From Euryarchaeota archaeon UBA28 (GTDB taxonomy: Archaea; Thermoplasmatota; Poseidoniia; Poseidoniales; Thalassarchaeaceae), in contig DANW01000030.1 in assembly GCA_002501605.1 (NCBI GenBank), positions 24,553-88,552 on the forward strand: a stretch of 64,000 bases of DNA, written 5' to 3'. Position 1 is the stretch's first letter, and each line of letters starts with the position of its first letter. The notes under the pieces were generated by a model. It was not told where the DNA came from. It worked only from the letters and a program-made list of their open reading frames with translations, and did not search any database. This document shows, in pieces, positions 26,542-36,105 of this stretch. A program made the position numbers and the translations under genes.

Positions 26542-27378
26542 ATGAAGGGAGTCGCGACGGTCAGAGCAGTCAGTTTACTAGCAGTTGTTGCAATTCTATC
26601 GGGGTTGTGGATGTCACATGGTTTTATTCAGAACTCAGATGCGGTTAATCAGGACGAAATGGAATCAAGTCTTGCCACAATCGAGCATGACGAAGCTTCC
26701 TCCGAACAGGGATTGGATTTAGAAGACGACAACAAAGAGAACCACGATGGCAGTAACAGAGAGCTATCGGATGGCCTGATAGTCAGTGGCTTGGGAACTT
26801 TTGGCTCAATCCTTCTTGGATCAGTTCTACTAGAGTTTGTCAGGGTAATAGTATTGATGGCTTTACTGACTCCATTATTGTCTAGACTCAAGGGCACTAG
26901 AGAAGACCTACTCACAAGAGGTAGAATAATGGGTTATCTTGAAGCCAATGCCGGAATTCATTTCTCAGCATTGAGGGATGCCCTAGGGTTGGCCAACGGC
27001 GTCACAGCCTACCATTTGCAAGTTTTAGAAGCAAGGGAAGATGTCTACTCTTGGAGGGATGGAAAATTGAGACGTTATGCTCCTTCTGGAATCTCGAAGT
27101 CTGAATTGGGACAAATAAAGAATCCGATAATCGGAACTAGGCTAGCTATCCTTGAGGTACTCGCAGATTCGGGCACGCTCGGAGTTTCCGGTAGCGAAAT
27201 CAGAAAGAAGACTATGATTTCAAGGCAACTCCTCAGCCATCATCTGGCCGAATTGAGGAAATCCGATATCATTGAGCCCGCATCAGAGAGGAAGAGGCCG
27301 AATTGGAAGCTATCCCACAAGGGACTACAGTCATTGCAGGCCTCAAAGAAGCTCTCTAATATTGAGTCGTCAGCCTGA
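26542..27378 (+). CDS. Membrane-anchored transcriptional regulator with two winged-HTH domains
   Basis: The N-terminus has a TM helix [16 protein letters not shown], then an acidic linker and a second TM helix. The C-terminal half has two wHTH-like units ([38 protein letters not shown] and [42 protein letters not shown]). The alternative start is ATG 26488. Confidence 0.5.
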   Translation: MKGVATVRAVSLLAVVAILSGLWMSHGFIQNSDAVNQDEMESSLATIEHDEASSEQGLDLEDDNKENHDGSNRELSDGLIVSGLGTFGSILLGSVLLEFVRVIVLMALLTPLLSRLKGTREDLLTRGRIMGYLEANAGIHFSALRDALGLANGVTAYHLQVLEAREDVYSWRDGKLRRYAPSGISKSELGQIKNPIIGTRLAILEVLADSGTLGVSGSEIRKKTMISRQLLSHHLAELRKSDIIEPASERKRPNWKLSHKGLQSLQASKKLSNIESSA

Positions 27379-27454
27379 CTACGGTAACCTAATTGCCCCA
27401 ATGGAGGGCTTTGTTCAGTCCTGTTCAAGTACTATGTCTGACTGCCAGCGGACA

Positions 27455-27646
27455 ATGGCATTAGGAACAGTAAAGTGGTTTAACTTCACAAAAGGGTATG
27501 GGTTCATCGAGCAGGAAGAGGGTGACGATTTATTTGTACACAAATCTCAAGTTGAGGGACAGATAAGAGAGGGAGACTCAGTTGAGTTCGAAGTTGGCGA
27601 AGGGCCAAAGGGACCAAATGCCATTAATGTGAAAAAGGTCGAATAA
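27455..27646 (+). CDS. cspA: Cold-shock protein (CspA family, 63 aa)
   Basis: [36 protein letters not shown]...[19 protein letters not shown] with the RNP1-like KGYGFI and RNP2-like VFVHKS motifs. The ORF-track ORF 27272..27646 carries a spurious 61-aa upstream extension that overlaps the regulator gene, and the real start is ATG 27455. Confidence 0.8.
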   Translation: MALGTVKWFNFTKGYGFIEQEEGDDLFVHKSQVEGQIREGDSVEFEVGEGPKGPNAINVKKVE

Positions 27647-27661
27647 CTCTTTTGTCAACAC

Positions 27662-28948
27662 TCAGAACAACTCTGAGATTCTTTCGGACTCATCCACAAC
27701 GTGTACTATTGATACGCCACTTCCACCCCATCCGGTAAGGGTGTAATCTAAATCTACAGTAGAGATTCTCTTCATGTATCCTGGTTCGTATGCAGGAATT
27801 GATCTATCGCCTATTTTTTCAAACATAACGGGGGCTACATCGACAAAATTTTCCGTTAGGCAGTCAATTATTTCTTGCTCATCCCCATTCCATCGGGAAA
27901 TTGGTACCATTAATCGAAATAGCCTATGTCCATCAGGGGCTCTCCTACCGACATGAACATCGCTTTCATGTAATATCCCACTAAATACTATATCAGGCTC
28001 AGGAAAAAGAGTCCCATATCCGATAGGGACTTCCACAACATCCTCCTCTTTGTAGCCGACAACAAAAACGGATACCTCAGAATCTGCATTTTTCTGTAGA
28101 ATCCCTGGGGCCGACCAAATTATTGATTCAGTTTTTACACCGAATTTCTCGGATATCTCTGTCAAGCTTTCATATTTCGATCCAAGAATGACAGTAACGT
28201 TAGGCATGTCCGCCAGCTCTTGACCTAATTTGTCAATTAATTCGCGCATCCCGTTATCAAATGAGCCAAAGGAACCTTTTTCCGGCTCAAATAAAGGAAA
28301 TGTACGCCTAATTTTTTTTGCCAATCTCATCGAACCCATATTGGGACTCTCACCAAATTTAGTCAAAGAGGGAAATAGAAAATCAGCATCTACACTCTCT
28401 GAGTATTGATTGACTATACCCAGAGTAATGGCATCAGCAAATGACTTATTTGGTATTAATTCAGAAACTGACAAACCTCCTTTTTTTGATTTAATTAATG
28501 ATTTTAAAACTTTAATTACCCCTATCCTGAAGATAATCTTCCAACTCAATTTGATGTACTTCCCATCCAAGAATATCCATCTTTCCTTGGCCTCCCTTTT
28601 TGACCCCTGAAAGCTTCCCCCAAGATTTAGGTCATTCACTAGCCTCCAAAATGCCGGGTGAGGACGAGCTGAACTTACGGCGATATCACAAAGCCAATCC
28701 CCACTTCTCCATGTATCTATTACTCCTCCCAGACAGTTCTCCTTCTCAAGGATAACAACCCTCCTTCTAGGATTTTTTTTCGCTATACGGAAACCAGTTA
28801 CCATTCCCGATAAACCGCCACCAACAATCACACTGGTATCACCGTCTACGATAGAGGGATGTACAAGTAGAGGCCTCCTGAGCTCTTGACCATGTTTCAC
28901 CCAATCTTCGGTATTGTATTCCACTGGCAATACCCCGTTTATATCCAA
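27662..28948 (-). CDS. hemY: Protoporphyrinogen oxidase (HemY/PPOX family, FAD amine-oxidase fold)
   Basis: The dinucleotide-binding motif is VIVGGGLSGMVTGFRIAKKNP..RVVILEKENCLGGVIDTW. Length about 400-428 aa, and it is the last gene of the contiguous heme operon. The start is uncertain. The ORF-track TTG 28948 overlaps the hemF stop by 10 nt, and an internal GTG at about 28831 would give MIVGGGLSG.... Confidence 0.6.
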   Translation of the reverse strand: MDINGVLPVEYNTEDWVKHGQELRRPLLVHPSIVDGDTSVIVGGGLSGMVTGFRIAKKNPRRRVVILEKENCLGGVIDTWRSGDWLCDIAVSSARPHPAFWRLVNDLNLGGSFQGSKREAKERWIFLDGKYIKLSWKIIFRIGVIKVLKSLIKSKKGGLSVSELIPNKSFADAITLGIVNQYSESVDADFLFPSLTKFGESPNMGSMRLAKKIRRTFPLFEPEKGSFGSFDNGMRELIDKLGQELADMPNVTVILGSKYESLTEISEKFGVKTESIIWSAPGILQKNADSEVSVFVVGYKEEDVVEVPIGYGTLFPEPDIVFSGILHESDVHVGRRAPDGHRLFRLMVPISRWNGDEQEIIDCLTENFVDVAPVMFEKIGDRSIPAYEPGYMKRISTVDLDYTLTGWGGSGVSIVHVVDESERISELF

Positions 28949-29844
28949 TCCTTGGGAAATCTAAGAGCCTGCAACATCTCTTCCTCGGACGAACCAACAT
29001 CGGGCTCATGGCAGTATTCCCAGCTAGCTGTTTCAGGCAGAGACATAAGGATACTCTCTATTCTTCCATTAGTATTGAGTCCGAACTTTGTTCCTCTATC
29101 ATAGACAAGATTGAATTCAACGTATCTGCCCCTTCTTATCCTCTGCCAATGCTTATTTTCAGAATTAAAATCCATATCCTTCCGTCGTCTGATTATCGGC
29201 AGGTAAGAGTCAATAAAGCCCTCTGCACACTCTTCCACGAAAGAGTAGCAGGAGTCTTTGTCTATTTTATCCAAGCCATCAAAGAATATCCCACCGATTC
29301 CCCTGTGTTCATTCCGGTGATTTATGAAAAAGTACTCATCGCAATTCTGTTTAAACTCATTATAATCCGCCACTGGATGTCTATCACAGATATCCTTGTA
29401 AGTTCTGTGAAAGTGACTCGAGTCTTCCGTGAAAAGATAGGACGGAGTAAGATCTGCCCCCCCTCCAAACCACCAGCTCCCCGGGGTCGTACCATCTCCT
29501 CTTTCGAAATATCTGTAATTAGCATGTACTGTCGGAGCCATGGGATTTATTGGATGAAGTACAAGACTTATTCCAGTCGCAAAAAACTCTCTCTCCTTTC
29601 CACCTGTTATCTTTCCCCCCGCCAGATTATCTGCCGCTTCCTCACTCAGCGTGCCATACACCTCGCTGATATTAACACCGGCTTTCTCGAAGACGATACC
29701 TCCGGAGAATACTCTACTCCTTCCTCCTCCTCCCTCTGCCCTCTTCCATTTGTCCTCTCTATATTCCGATTCATCAAGGACTTGTATCATATCACATATT
29801 TCCTCTTGGACTCTACGAATCATTGACACCATTTTCTCTTTCAT
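28939..29844 (-). CDS. hemF: Oxygen-dependent coproporphyrinogen III oxidase
   Basis: Conserved HemF motifs: GGGGRSRVFSGGIVFEKAGVNIS, TGISLVLHPINPMAPTVHANYRYFE and GSWWFGGGADLTPSY. ATG 29844 forms an ATGA overlap with the hemE stop, and the ORF-track start is ATG 29859. Confidence 0.8.
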   Translation of the reverse strand: MKEKMVSMIRRVQEEICDMIQVLDESEYREDKWKRAEGGGGRSRVFSGGIVFEKAGVNISEVYGTLSEEAADNLAGGKITGGKEREFFATGISLVLHPINPMAPTVHANYRYFERGDGTTPGSWWFGGGADLTPSYLFTEDSSHFHRTYKDICDRHPVADYNEFKQNCDEYFFINHRNEHRGIGGIFFDGLDKIDKDSCYSFVEECAEGFIDSYLPIIRRRKDMDFNSENKHWQRIRRGRYVEFNLVYDRGTKFGLNTNGRIESILMSLPETASWEYCHEPDVGSSEEEMLQALRFPKDWI

Positions 29845-30878
29845 GGTATATCCCCGCATACAGTCCTGATTACGGCCTCAACACAATCTATCCTTGCGCT
29901 GGGAGCAAAACCGTGACCTAGATTGAAGATATGCCCGGGTTTCCCTCCTGCCACCTTGAGGACCCTGGCCGCAGCTTCCTTTGCTACATCTGTAGAGCCA
30001 TGCAATTTAGACGGGTCAAGATTACCTTGGAAAGCTATCATTTCTCCATAATTTTCACGATTATACCTCATATCATCTCTCCAATCTAAGGAGAGTCCTT
30101 GTATGTCCATATCTCTTATCTGGTTATGCAAATGACCAGACCCTTTGGCATAGTGGATTAGGGGGACGAACTTTTTTGATTTCTCTCTGAAGACTTGTAT
30201 GGCTTTTTCTGTGGCTATTTGAGATAGATTCCTGTAATCCTCATTGGAAAGAAGTCCAGCCCATGTATCGAAAATTTGGACAACATCAGCACCTCCTGAA
30301 TTTACCTGATCTGCGAGCAAGTCTCCGACAATTTCCCCCATTTTCATAAGGAGCCTCTTTGAGTCCTCTGGGTTTGATGAAACTAAGGCTCGAGCATTAT
30401 TGAAATCCTTGTCTCCCGTACCTCCTGAAAGCAGATACATGGATATTGTCCAAGGTGAGCCAACAAAACCTATTTTCGCCTTTTCATCGCCTATTTCTTC
30501 CCCGATAGCCTTGAGTCCATCGGCAGCCCAAGGAGCATGTTTTCTGGAGTTAAATGATGCCCAACCATCCACATCATCGAATTTGAATGGATCGATACGG
30601 ATCCCTCCGCCATATTCTACATCATATCCTAAGCTTGGCAACGGTGTGAGAATATCACTGAAAACAATCGCCGAGTCAATCTGCTTGTACCTGACCAACG
30701 GCTGTAACGAGATTTTTGAGCATAAATCAGAATCTTTACATCTCTCCCAGAAGGAGTGGGATTTGGCGATTTCCCTGTATTCAGGAAGATGTCTCCCAGC
30801 CTGCCTCATAAACCATATTGGTACCCTATCGACCTCTTGGAGAGACAGCGCGGCATTCATTCTCTCTAGTCCATTCAT
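29841..30878 (-). CDS. hemE: Uroporphyrinogen decarboxylase
   Basis: The N-terminal signature is RVPIWFMRQAGRHLPEYR (PxWxMRQAGR), length 345 aa. The start ATG forms an ATGA overlap with the hemL stop. Confidence 0.9.
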   Translation of the reverse strand: MNGLERMNAALSLQEVDRVPIWFMRQAGRHLPEYREIAKSHSFWERCKDSDLCSKISLQPLVRYKQIDSAIVFSDILTPLPSLGYDVEYGGGIRIDPFKFDDVDGWASFNSRKHAPWAADGLKAIGEEIGDEKAKIGFVGSPWTISMYLLSGGTGDKDFNNARALVSSNPEDSKRLLMKMGEIVGDLLADQVNSGGADVVQIFDTWAGLLSNEDYRNLSQIATEKAIQVFREKSKKFVPLIHYAKGSGHLHNQIRDMDIQGLSLDWRDDMRYNRENYGEMIAFQGNLDPSKLHGSTDVAKEAAARVLKVAGGKPGHIFNLGHGFAPSARIDCVEAVIRTVCGDIP

Positions 30879-32176
30879 AGAAGATCCCCCAGGTCTCTCA
30901 ATACCCCGTCTAGTGCTTTAGCAAGACCGATAACATGTTCCTCATTGTGTGATGTGGAGAGGAAACCGATCTCATACGATGATGGTGCCATCATGTATCC
31001 ACGTTGTAGAAGACCAAGATGCACATCCGCGTAAAGTTTCGACCCATTATCGGGAATTTCATCCGAACGTCTGGGGAGTTCCCCAGGGCCAGGAGATAGC
31101 CAGAAAAGACTCCCTATTCTGACTAACCTCATTGGGAATGAATGTTTTTCCAAAACAGAACCAACCTCTCTTTCTAGTAGACTCCCGAGCCCTTCTAAAA
31201 ACTCGTAGGCATCATCGTCAAGAAGATCAATTGTTGCAACTCCAGCAGCCATAGCAAGTGGATTTCCTGATAAGGTACCGGCCTGATAAACAGGCCCCAT
31301 CGGCGATAAAACGCTCATGATTTCTCTTGAGGCTCCGTAAGCTCCAACTGGCAAACCTCCGCCAATAACCTTCCCTAATGTAGTAATATCTGGCTCTATT
31401 CCAATATGCCCGGCGTATCCGCCTACAGGGAACCTGAAGCCACTTATGACCTCATCAAAAATCAACAATGAACCATACTCGTCACACAAGCTCCTTAATT
31501 TCTCAAGAAACTCTTTCCTTTGTATTAGCAATCCATTATTTGCAGGAAGAGGCTCAATTATCACAGCTGCGATATTCTCGCCATTATCGTTGAAAACATA
31601 TTCCAGAGCACCCTCATCATCTAGTGGCAAAACAATTGTCGTTCCAGAGGTAGCGTCTGGAATACCCGGGCTACTAGAAATTCCAAACGTTGCCAAACCA
31701 CTCCCAGATTTAACCATAAGTGAGTCCACGTGACCATGATAACAACCCTCGAATTTTACTATCGCATCTCTACCTGTGTACCCCCTAGCTAGCCTGACTG
31801 CACTCATCACAGCTTCTGTACCAGATGAAACAAATCTAACCAAATCTATTGAGGGAAATCTTTCCTTGACTCTCTTGGCTAGCTCAATTTCACCGATATG
31901 TGGAGCTCCAAATGATGTTCCTTTCGCCATTACCTCACTTATACTCTTGATTATTTCAGGATGTGCGTGACCATGTACCAAAGGGCCCCATGATTGAACG
32001 AAGTCAACTAGGCTGTTTCCGTCAGCATCTTCGACTATCGCTCCTGATGCGCGATTGAAGTATATGGGGTCACCATGAACTGATTTGAATGCCCTAACAG
32101 GGGAATTAACACCTCCAACAAGATGCCTATTTGCCTCCTGATGGAGCTGACTAGAGGTGCTTCTATCCATGTTCAT
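30875..32176 (-). CDS. hemL: Glutamate-1-semialdehyde 2,1-aminomutase
   Basis: Class-III aminotransferase fold with HemL-typical GGVNSPVRAFKSV, LIFDEVISGFR and the PLP-lysine region TTLGKVIGGGLPVGAYG. Length 433 aa. Its start overlaps the hemB stop by 1 nt (TAATG). Confidence 0.9.
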   Translation of the reverse strand: MNMDRSTSSQLHQEANRHLVGGVNSPVRAFKSVHGDPIYFNRASGAIVEDADGNSLVDFVQSWGPLVHGHAHPEIIKSISEVMAKGTSFGAPHIGEIELAKRVKERFPSIDLVRFVSSGTEAVMSAVRLARGYTGRDAIVKFEGCYHGHVDSLMVKSGSGLATFGISSSPGIPDATSGTTIVLPLDDEGALEYVFNDNGENIAAVIIEPLPANNGLLIQRKEFLEKLRSLCDEYGSLLIFDEVISGFRFPVGGYAGHIGIEPDITTLGKVIGGGLPVGAYGASREIMSVLSPMGPVYQAGTLSGNPLAMAAGVATIDLLDDDAYEFLEGLGSLLEREVGSVLEKHSFPMRLVRIGSLFWLSPGPGELPRRSDEIPDNGSKLYADVHLGLLQRGYMMAPSSYEIGFLSTSHNEEHVIGLAKALDGVLRDLGDLL

Positions 32177-33144
32177 TACCTCAGTAATTTTCCAGAAAAA
32201 GCCTCTCTTGCATGATATGTTACGATAATGGAGGCCCCAGATCTTGCAAACGAAGACAATACTTCGGCAATCATCAAGCCCCTGCTCTTGCTGTCTGGAC
32301 AGCTTTTGTGGACCATTGAGTATTCCCCACTCACATTGTACACGGCAACGGGCCTCAATACTTCATCCGAGACTACCTTCAGAACGTCCAGGTATGGTAA
32401 TCCAGGCTTAATCATGATAATATCGGCACCCTCTCTTTCGTCCTGTAATGCCTCTAGTAACGCCTCATCATAACCTGATCTTACATCCATTTGATGGCTC
32501 TTTCTATCGCCGAATTTTGGGGAAGATGAAGCGGCATCTCGAAATGGTCCGTAAAATGAGGATGCATACTTTACCGAGTATGATAGAATTCCCGTTTCAT
32601 GGTATCCCCTCTCTTCCAGGGCGCCCCTAACCTCTGCAACCCTGTTATCCATCATATCCGATAATGAGATGTAATCGACTCCAGCTTCAGCATTGGAGAG
32701 TGCGATCCTTACCAATTCCCCTACTGACTTGTCATTGGCTATCTTTTCGCCTTCAAGGACTCCACAATGTCCGTGGTCAGTCCCTGTACACAAGCAGACA
32801 TCAGAGAAAATTACAATTTCATTCCCGTGTCGCTTTCTGAGCTCTCTGATAGCCACGTTTAGAGGGGAATCAGGCTCGGAAGCCATCGTTGCAATAGGGT
32901 CCTTCAACTCCTCATCCATTACGTAGAATAACATGTGAGACGTTAATCCCATGTCCATGTCTCTACCAATAGTATCAAGCAAAACATCGACCGATTGACG
33001 GTAAATACCTGGCATATCGTCTATCTCCTCGCTCCTCAATTTTCCAGATACTACAAAATGAGGCTGTACTAAGGACGCTTCAATATCCCTAGAATAAATC
33101 AAATCCCTCCTAGAGGGCGTGAAACGATTGATTCTTAGCCTCAT
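32176..33144 (-). CDS. hemB: Porphobilinogen synthase (delta-aminolevulinate dehydratase)
   Basis: 322 aa. ALAD motifs include the active-site region GADIIMIKPGLPYLDVL with the Schiff-base Lys context, CLCTGTDHGHCG (metal-binding Cys cluster) and VDYISLSDMMDNRV. Confidence 0.85.
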   Translation of the reverse strand: MRLRINRFTPSRRDLIYSRDIEASLVQPHFVVSGKLRSEEIDDMPGIYRQSVDVLLDTIGRDMDMGLTSHMLFYVMDEELKDPIATMASEPDSPLNVAIRELRKRHGNEIVIFSDVCLCTGTDHGHCGVLEGEKIANDKSVGELVRIALSNAEAGVDYISLSDMMDNRVAEVRGALEERGYHETGILSYSVKYASSFYGPFRDAASSSPKFGDRKSHQMDVRSGYDEALLEALQDEREGADIIMIKPGLPYLDVLKVVSDEVLRPVAVYNVSGEYSMVHKSCPDSKSRGLMIAEVLSSFARSGASIIVTYHAREAFSGKLLR

Positions 33145-33148
33145 TTAA

Positions 33149-34837
33149 CTACTTCCTGTTGTCTCTCCACCAGAGTGTAATACTTTCAGTTACTGGGCCA
33201 TCTAGAACGATTAGCTCGGTGTTGTTAAATCTCTCTATGCTTTGAATTTCTGTTTCTGTCGTTGTTCCCATGCAAATCACAGTATCCGGTACGGGTAGCT
33301 CGTTGTAATCCCAAGACCTGGCAGACGAGGGAGAGGAGATGAGCAAGACATCATTTCTTTCCATCCCATCAAACTCCACAATCTTTCTCGAATTTTGATA
33401 TCCAACCCATGAACTAACCGTAAAACCTGACTTTCTGAGATTATTCACCATATCGTCAGTACCAACGTTGGATCTCGGTATGAGAAGAGGAACACGCTTA
33501 GAGATATTTTTCTTGATGTATTTTTCAAGCTCTTTGGAGTTCTTGGCGTTGGCGCATATTGAGGCAGGGTTTCCGTGTTGGAAACATGATCGCGCAGTCC
33601 CTGCCCCTATAGCAAGCCACTGGATTCTACCAAGATCAGGAATTACTTCTATCATCTTCGAAGCACACTTTGAGGCAAATGGAGATGTAAGCACTAATAT
33701 CGGCCATTTATTCCTAGGAATAGAAAAATTAAGACGAAACTCGGGCCAATTATCTTTAATTTCTGTTAATTCAATGACCGGTGTGTTTAGAACCTCAATA
33801 CCGATATCTCCTAGTTTCACCCTCATTCTATCAGAATTCAACGTTGAGACTAATCTTGAAGAGCCTCGAAAACCCATATCATGTTTAGTGTCCGAGTCGG
33901 TTTCTGATTCCGGAAGAGGTCCATTTTTATCAATTGCCAGAAGCTCGAAATTCCCTCCGGATGAATATCGATCCCTCCAATCTTCAGGGGCAATGTATCC
34001 ATGCGACTCACCATCCACACACTCTACTCCCACTGGAGTTCTGCACCCTCCTCCCAGATATTTCAGAATCCTGCGTTCTTCACCTACTGAAACTTCGGTA
34101 TTGTGATGATTTAGTATTTCTCTTACCCAACTAAACTCTGTCAATTTTTCTGTCAAACAATGTACGACTATCGCTCCCTGTCCCGGTGCAGTAGGCCAAT
34201 CTATTGGATTTATCCTCATCGCATGTATGTCAAGGCTACCCTCTGGCAGTGCATCTAGTTGAGCAAGTCGCTGAATCCCAGCTTCAGCTAGGATGATACC
34301 CTCAACTCTCCCTTGGAGAAGCCTCTCAATTCTTGTCTCCACTCTTCCCCTTATCGCCAATGGAATAACATCATCCCTCTTAGACAAGAAAAATGACTGC
34401 CTCCTAACAGATGACGTACCTATCCTTCCACCTTTAGGAAATGTATCCAAGACCATATCCAAGTCACTGGACTCAGATGAATTGATAACTTCGCCCAATC
34501 TCTTAGTTCCTTTTCCCTCGTATGAAAGCAGAATGATATCAGAGGTAACCCCCCTCTCTAGATATGCCAAAGTCGATATCCTATCATCGTAATCGACCGG
34601 GACATCCTTGCTAGAATGCACCGCAATATCTATTTCGTCAAGAAATAATCTTTCATCGACCGATTTGACAAATTGTCCAACATTCGTCGAAAGATTACCT
34701 CCTAAGGACAGATCGCCGGTTGATTTGATTCCGATCATGTCTACCTCAGCATCATTATCCCGTAATTTTCCGGCGGCTAGCTCTGATTGCCACATCGCTA
34801 ACTTGGATGTCCTACTTCCAAGCCTTATTTTCTTCAA
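33149..34837 (-). CDS. hemCD: Bifunctional hydroxymethylbilane synthase / uroporphyrinogen-III synthase (HemC-HemD fusion, 562 aa)
   Basis: The N-terminus MKKIRLGSRTSKLAMWQSE is the HemC signature IR(I/L)G(T/S)R.S.LA.WQ. The dipyrromethane-cofactor region is GGGCRTPVGVECV. The C-terminal roughly 250 aa (WPILVLTSPFASK...WLAIGAGTARSCFQ...) have the HemD two-lobe pattern. The start is TTG within a TTGA overlap with the hemA stop. Confidence 0.75.
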   Translation of the reverse strand: MKKIRLGSRTSKLAMWQSELAAGKLRDNDAEVDMIGIKSTGDLSLGGNLSTNVGQFVKSVDERLFLDEIDIAVHSSKDVPVDYDDRISTLAYLERGVTSDIILLSYEGKGTKRLGEVINSSESSDLDMVLDTFPKGGRIGTSSVRRQSFFLSKRDDVIPLAIRGRVETRIERLLQGRVEGIILAEAGIQRLAQLDALPEGSLDIHAMRINPIDWPTAPGQGAIVVHCLTEKLTEFSWVREILNHHNTEVSVGEERRILKYLGGGCRTPVGVECVDGESHGYIAPEDWRDRYSSGGNFELLAIDKNGPLPESETDSDTKHDMGFRGSSRLVSTLNSDRMRVKLGDIGIEVLNTPVIELTEIKDNWPEFRLNFSIPRNKWPILVLTSPFASKCASKMIEVIPDLGRIQWLAIGAGTARSCFQHGNPASICANAKNSKELEKYIKKNISKRVPLLIPRSNVGTDDMVNNLRKSGFTVSSWVGYQNSRKIVEFDGMERNDVLLISSPSSARSWDYNELPVPDTVICMGTTTETEIQSIERFNNTELIVLDGPVTESITLWWRDNRK

Positions 34838-36105
34838 GCGCTAGCCCCCATGAGAGAGTCTAAGTTACTCATACGGACCATTTCTCTCATGACATCAAAT
34901 GAAATTTCTGACAGGAGATCAGAATTGATATCCCTATCTGTGTTCATGACCATATTTTGCAGATCATTTTCATTAAAAATACTATCCTGATTACATATCC
35001 ATGTTGCTATCTCTCTTGAGAAAGCCTTCATCTGAGATGCCTCTGAGGACCGACATTCCAGAGCCCCCCAGTCTTGAGATTTAGATTCAAGAGTCGAGTA
35101 GACATGCGCCCTAAATCTTGATTGAGTTCTTCCATTCAAAGCCTTCATGAACCTCTCTTCTATTGCAGATATGATAAGATTGCCGGAGTCAACGGTCTTC
35201 TCGTATTCCCACTCCTTCCCAAGCTTGTGAGCTGACCTTATCCAATACTCCATATCCATTAATCCCTGTTCGGTGCTAAGACCATTCCTATCAATGGAAG
35301 GTGGCCATGAAAAATCCATGACCTTCGTTGTTTCGGGCACGGGTAGAGGATTCTCGCGATTGAATGTGGGGAATGTGTTTCTGATTGTCGATATTACGAT
35401 TGAGGGGTTCTCTTCCCCCTTCCATTCCTCAAAGCTCTTGAAGTTGATCAAGTCAACTAATTCAGGGGTTCTTTTCGAAGACTCTTCTTTTGACCGTGTC
35501 ACGACATGAATATTTTTCTGACCCAACCCAATTAGAATTTCTACAGCCTTCCTGCCCATCGAGCCGTAGCCGATTACGGTGATCGATCCTTGGTTATCTT
35601 CGCTTATTGCCTGCTGTATAGCAGTGGTGCCAAGACTCAGCATTGATTCCGGGGTCTTAGTAAAACCAAGCTCCTTCCTCAAGCCTCTATTGGCCGCTAC
35701 GGCATGGTCTAGGAACGTTGCGTTGTGCGTACTCAAAAGCTTTGACTCCTTATGCCATGCTATGGCGTCTCTGAATTGGCTCATGACCTGCAGCTCTCCG
35801 ATTATGAAGGAATCTAATCCAGAGCAAATCTTGACTAGGTGCCTCCAAGCTTCCATCCCTTTGAAGGTATCAAACGGGGCATAATCTAATACTGAATTAC
35901 TGAGGACACTATTTTTGAGATGACTCACAGAGCAATCGAACCCCACGAACAGGACCCTGTTACAGGTTGAGAACTCAAAAACATCACATCCGGCAGCCTC
36001 GGATAATCGCATTACATGGCTTTTTCTCTCCGGCTCGTTCATACCCTCACTCGTTAACTCCTTTACGAACTCAAGATTATCTTTGGATAATCTCATACCT
36101 ATCAT
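34834..36105 (-). CDS. hemA: Glutamyl-tRNA reductase
   Basis: The catalytic Cys motif is FEFSTCNRVLFVGF. The NADP-binding motif is ITVIGYGSMGRKAVEILIGLGQKNIHVVTRS, and a C-terminal dimerisation domain is present. ATG 36105 (MIGMRLSKDNLEFVKEL...) places TCNR about 50 aa from the N-terminus, as in bacterial HemA. The ORF-track starts 36207 (GTG) and 36198 (ATG) add a non-homologous 35-aa extension. Confidence 0.8.
   Translation of the reverse strand: MIGMRLSKDNLEFVKELTSEGMNEPERKSHVMRLSEAAGCDVFEFSTCNRVLFVGFDCSVSHLKNSVLSNSVLDYAPFDTFKGMEAWRHLVKICSGLDSFIIGELQVMSQFRDAIAWHKESKLLSTHNATFLDHAVAANRGLRKELGFTKTPESMLSLGTTAIQQAISEDNQGSITVIGYGSMGRKAVEILIGLGQKNIHVVTRSKEESSKRTPELVDLINFKSFEEWKGEENPSIVISTIRNTFPTFNRENPLPVPETTKVMDFSWPPSIDRNGLSTEQGLMDMEYWIRSAHKLGKEWEYEKTVDSGNLIISAIEERFMKALNGRTQSRFRAHVYSTLESKSQDWGALECRSSEASQMKAFSREIATWICNQDSIFNENDLQNMVMNTDRDINSDLLSEISFDVMREMVRMSNLDSLMGASA

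Noticed and set aside
27272-27454. N-terminal 61 aa of ORF 27272..27646
   Set aside because: Only the C-terminal 63 aa are the CspA homolog, starting at ATG 27455. The upstream part overlaps the wHTH regulator gene in another frame.
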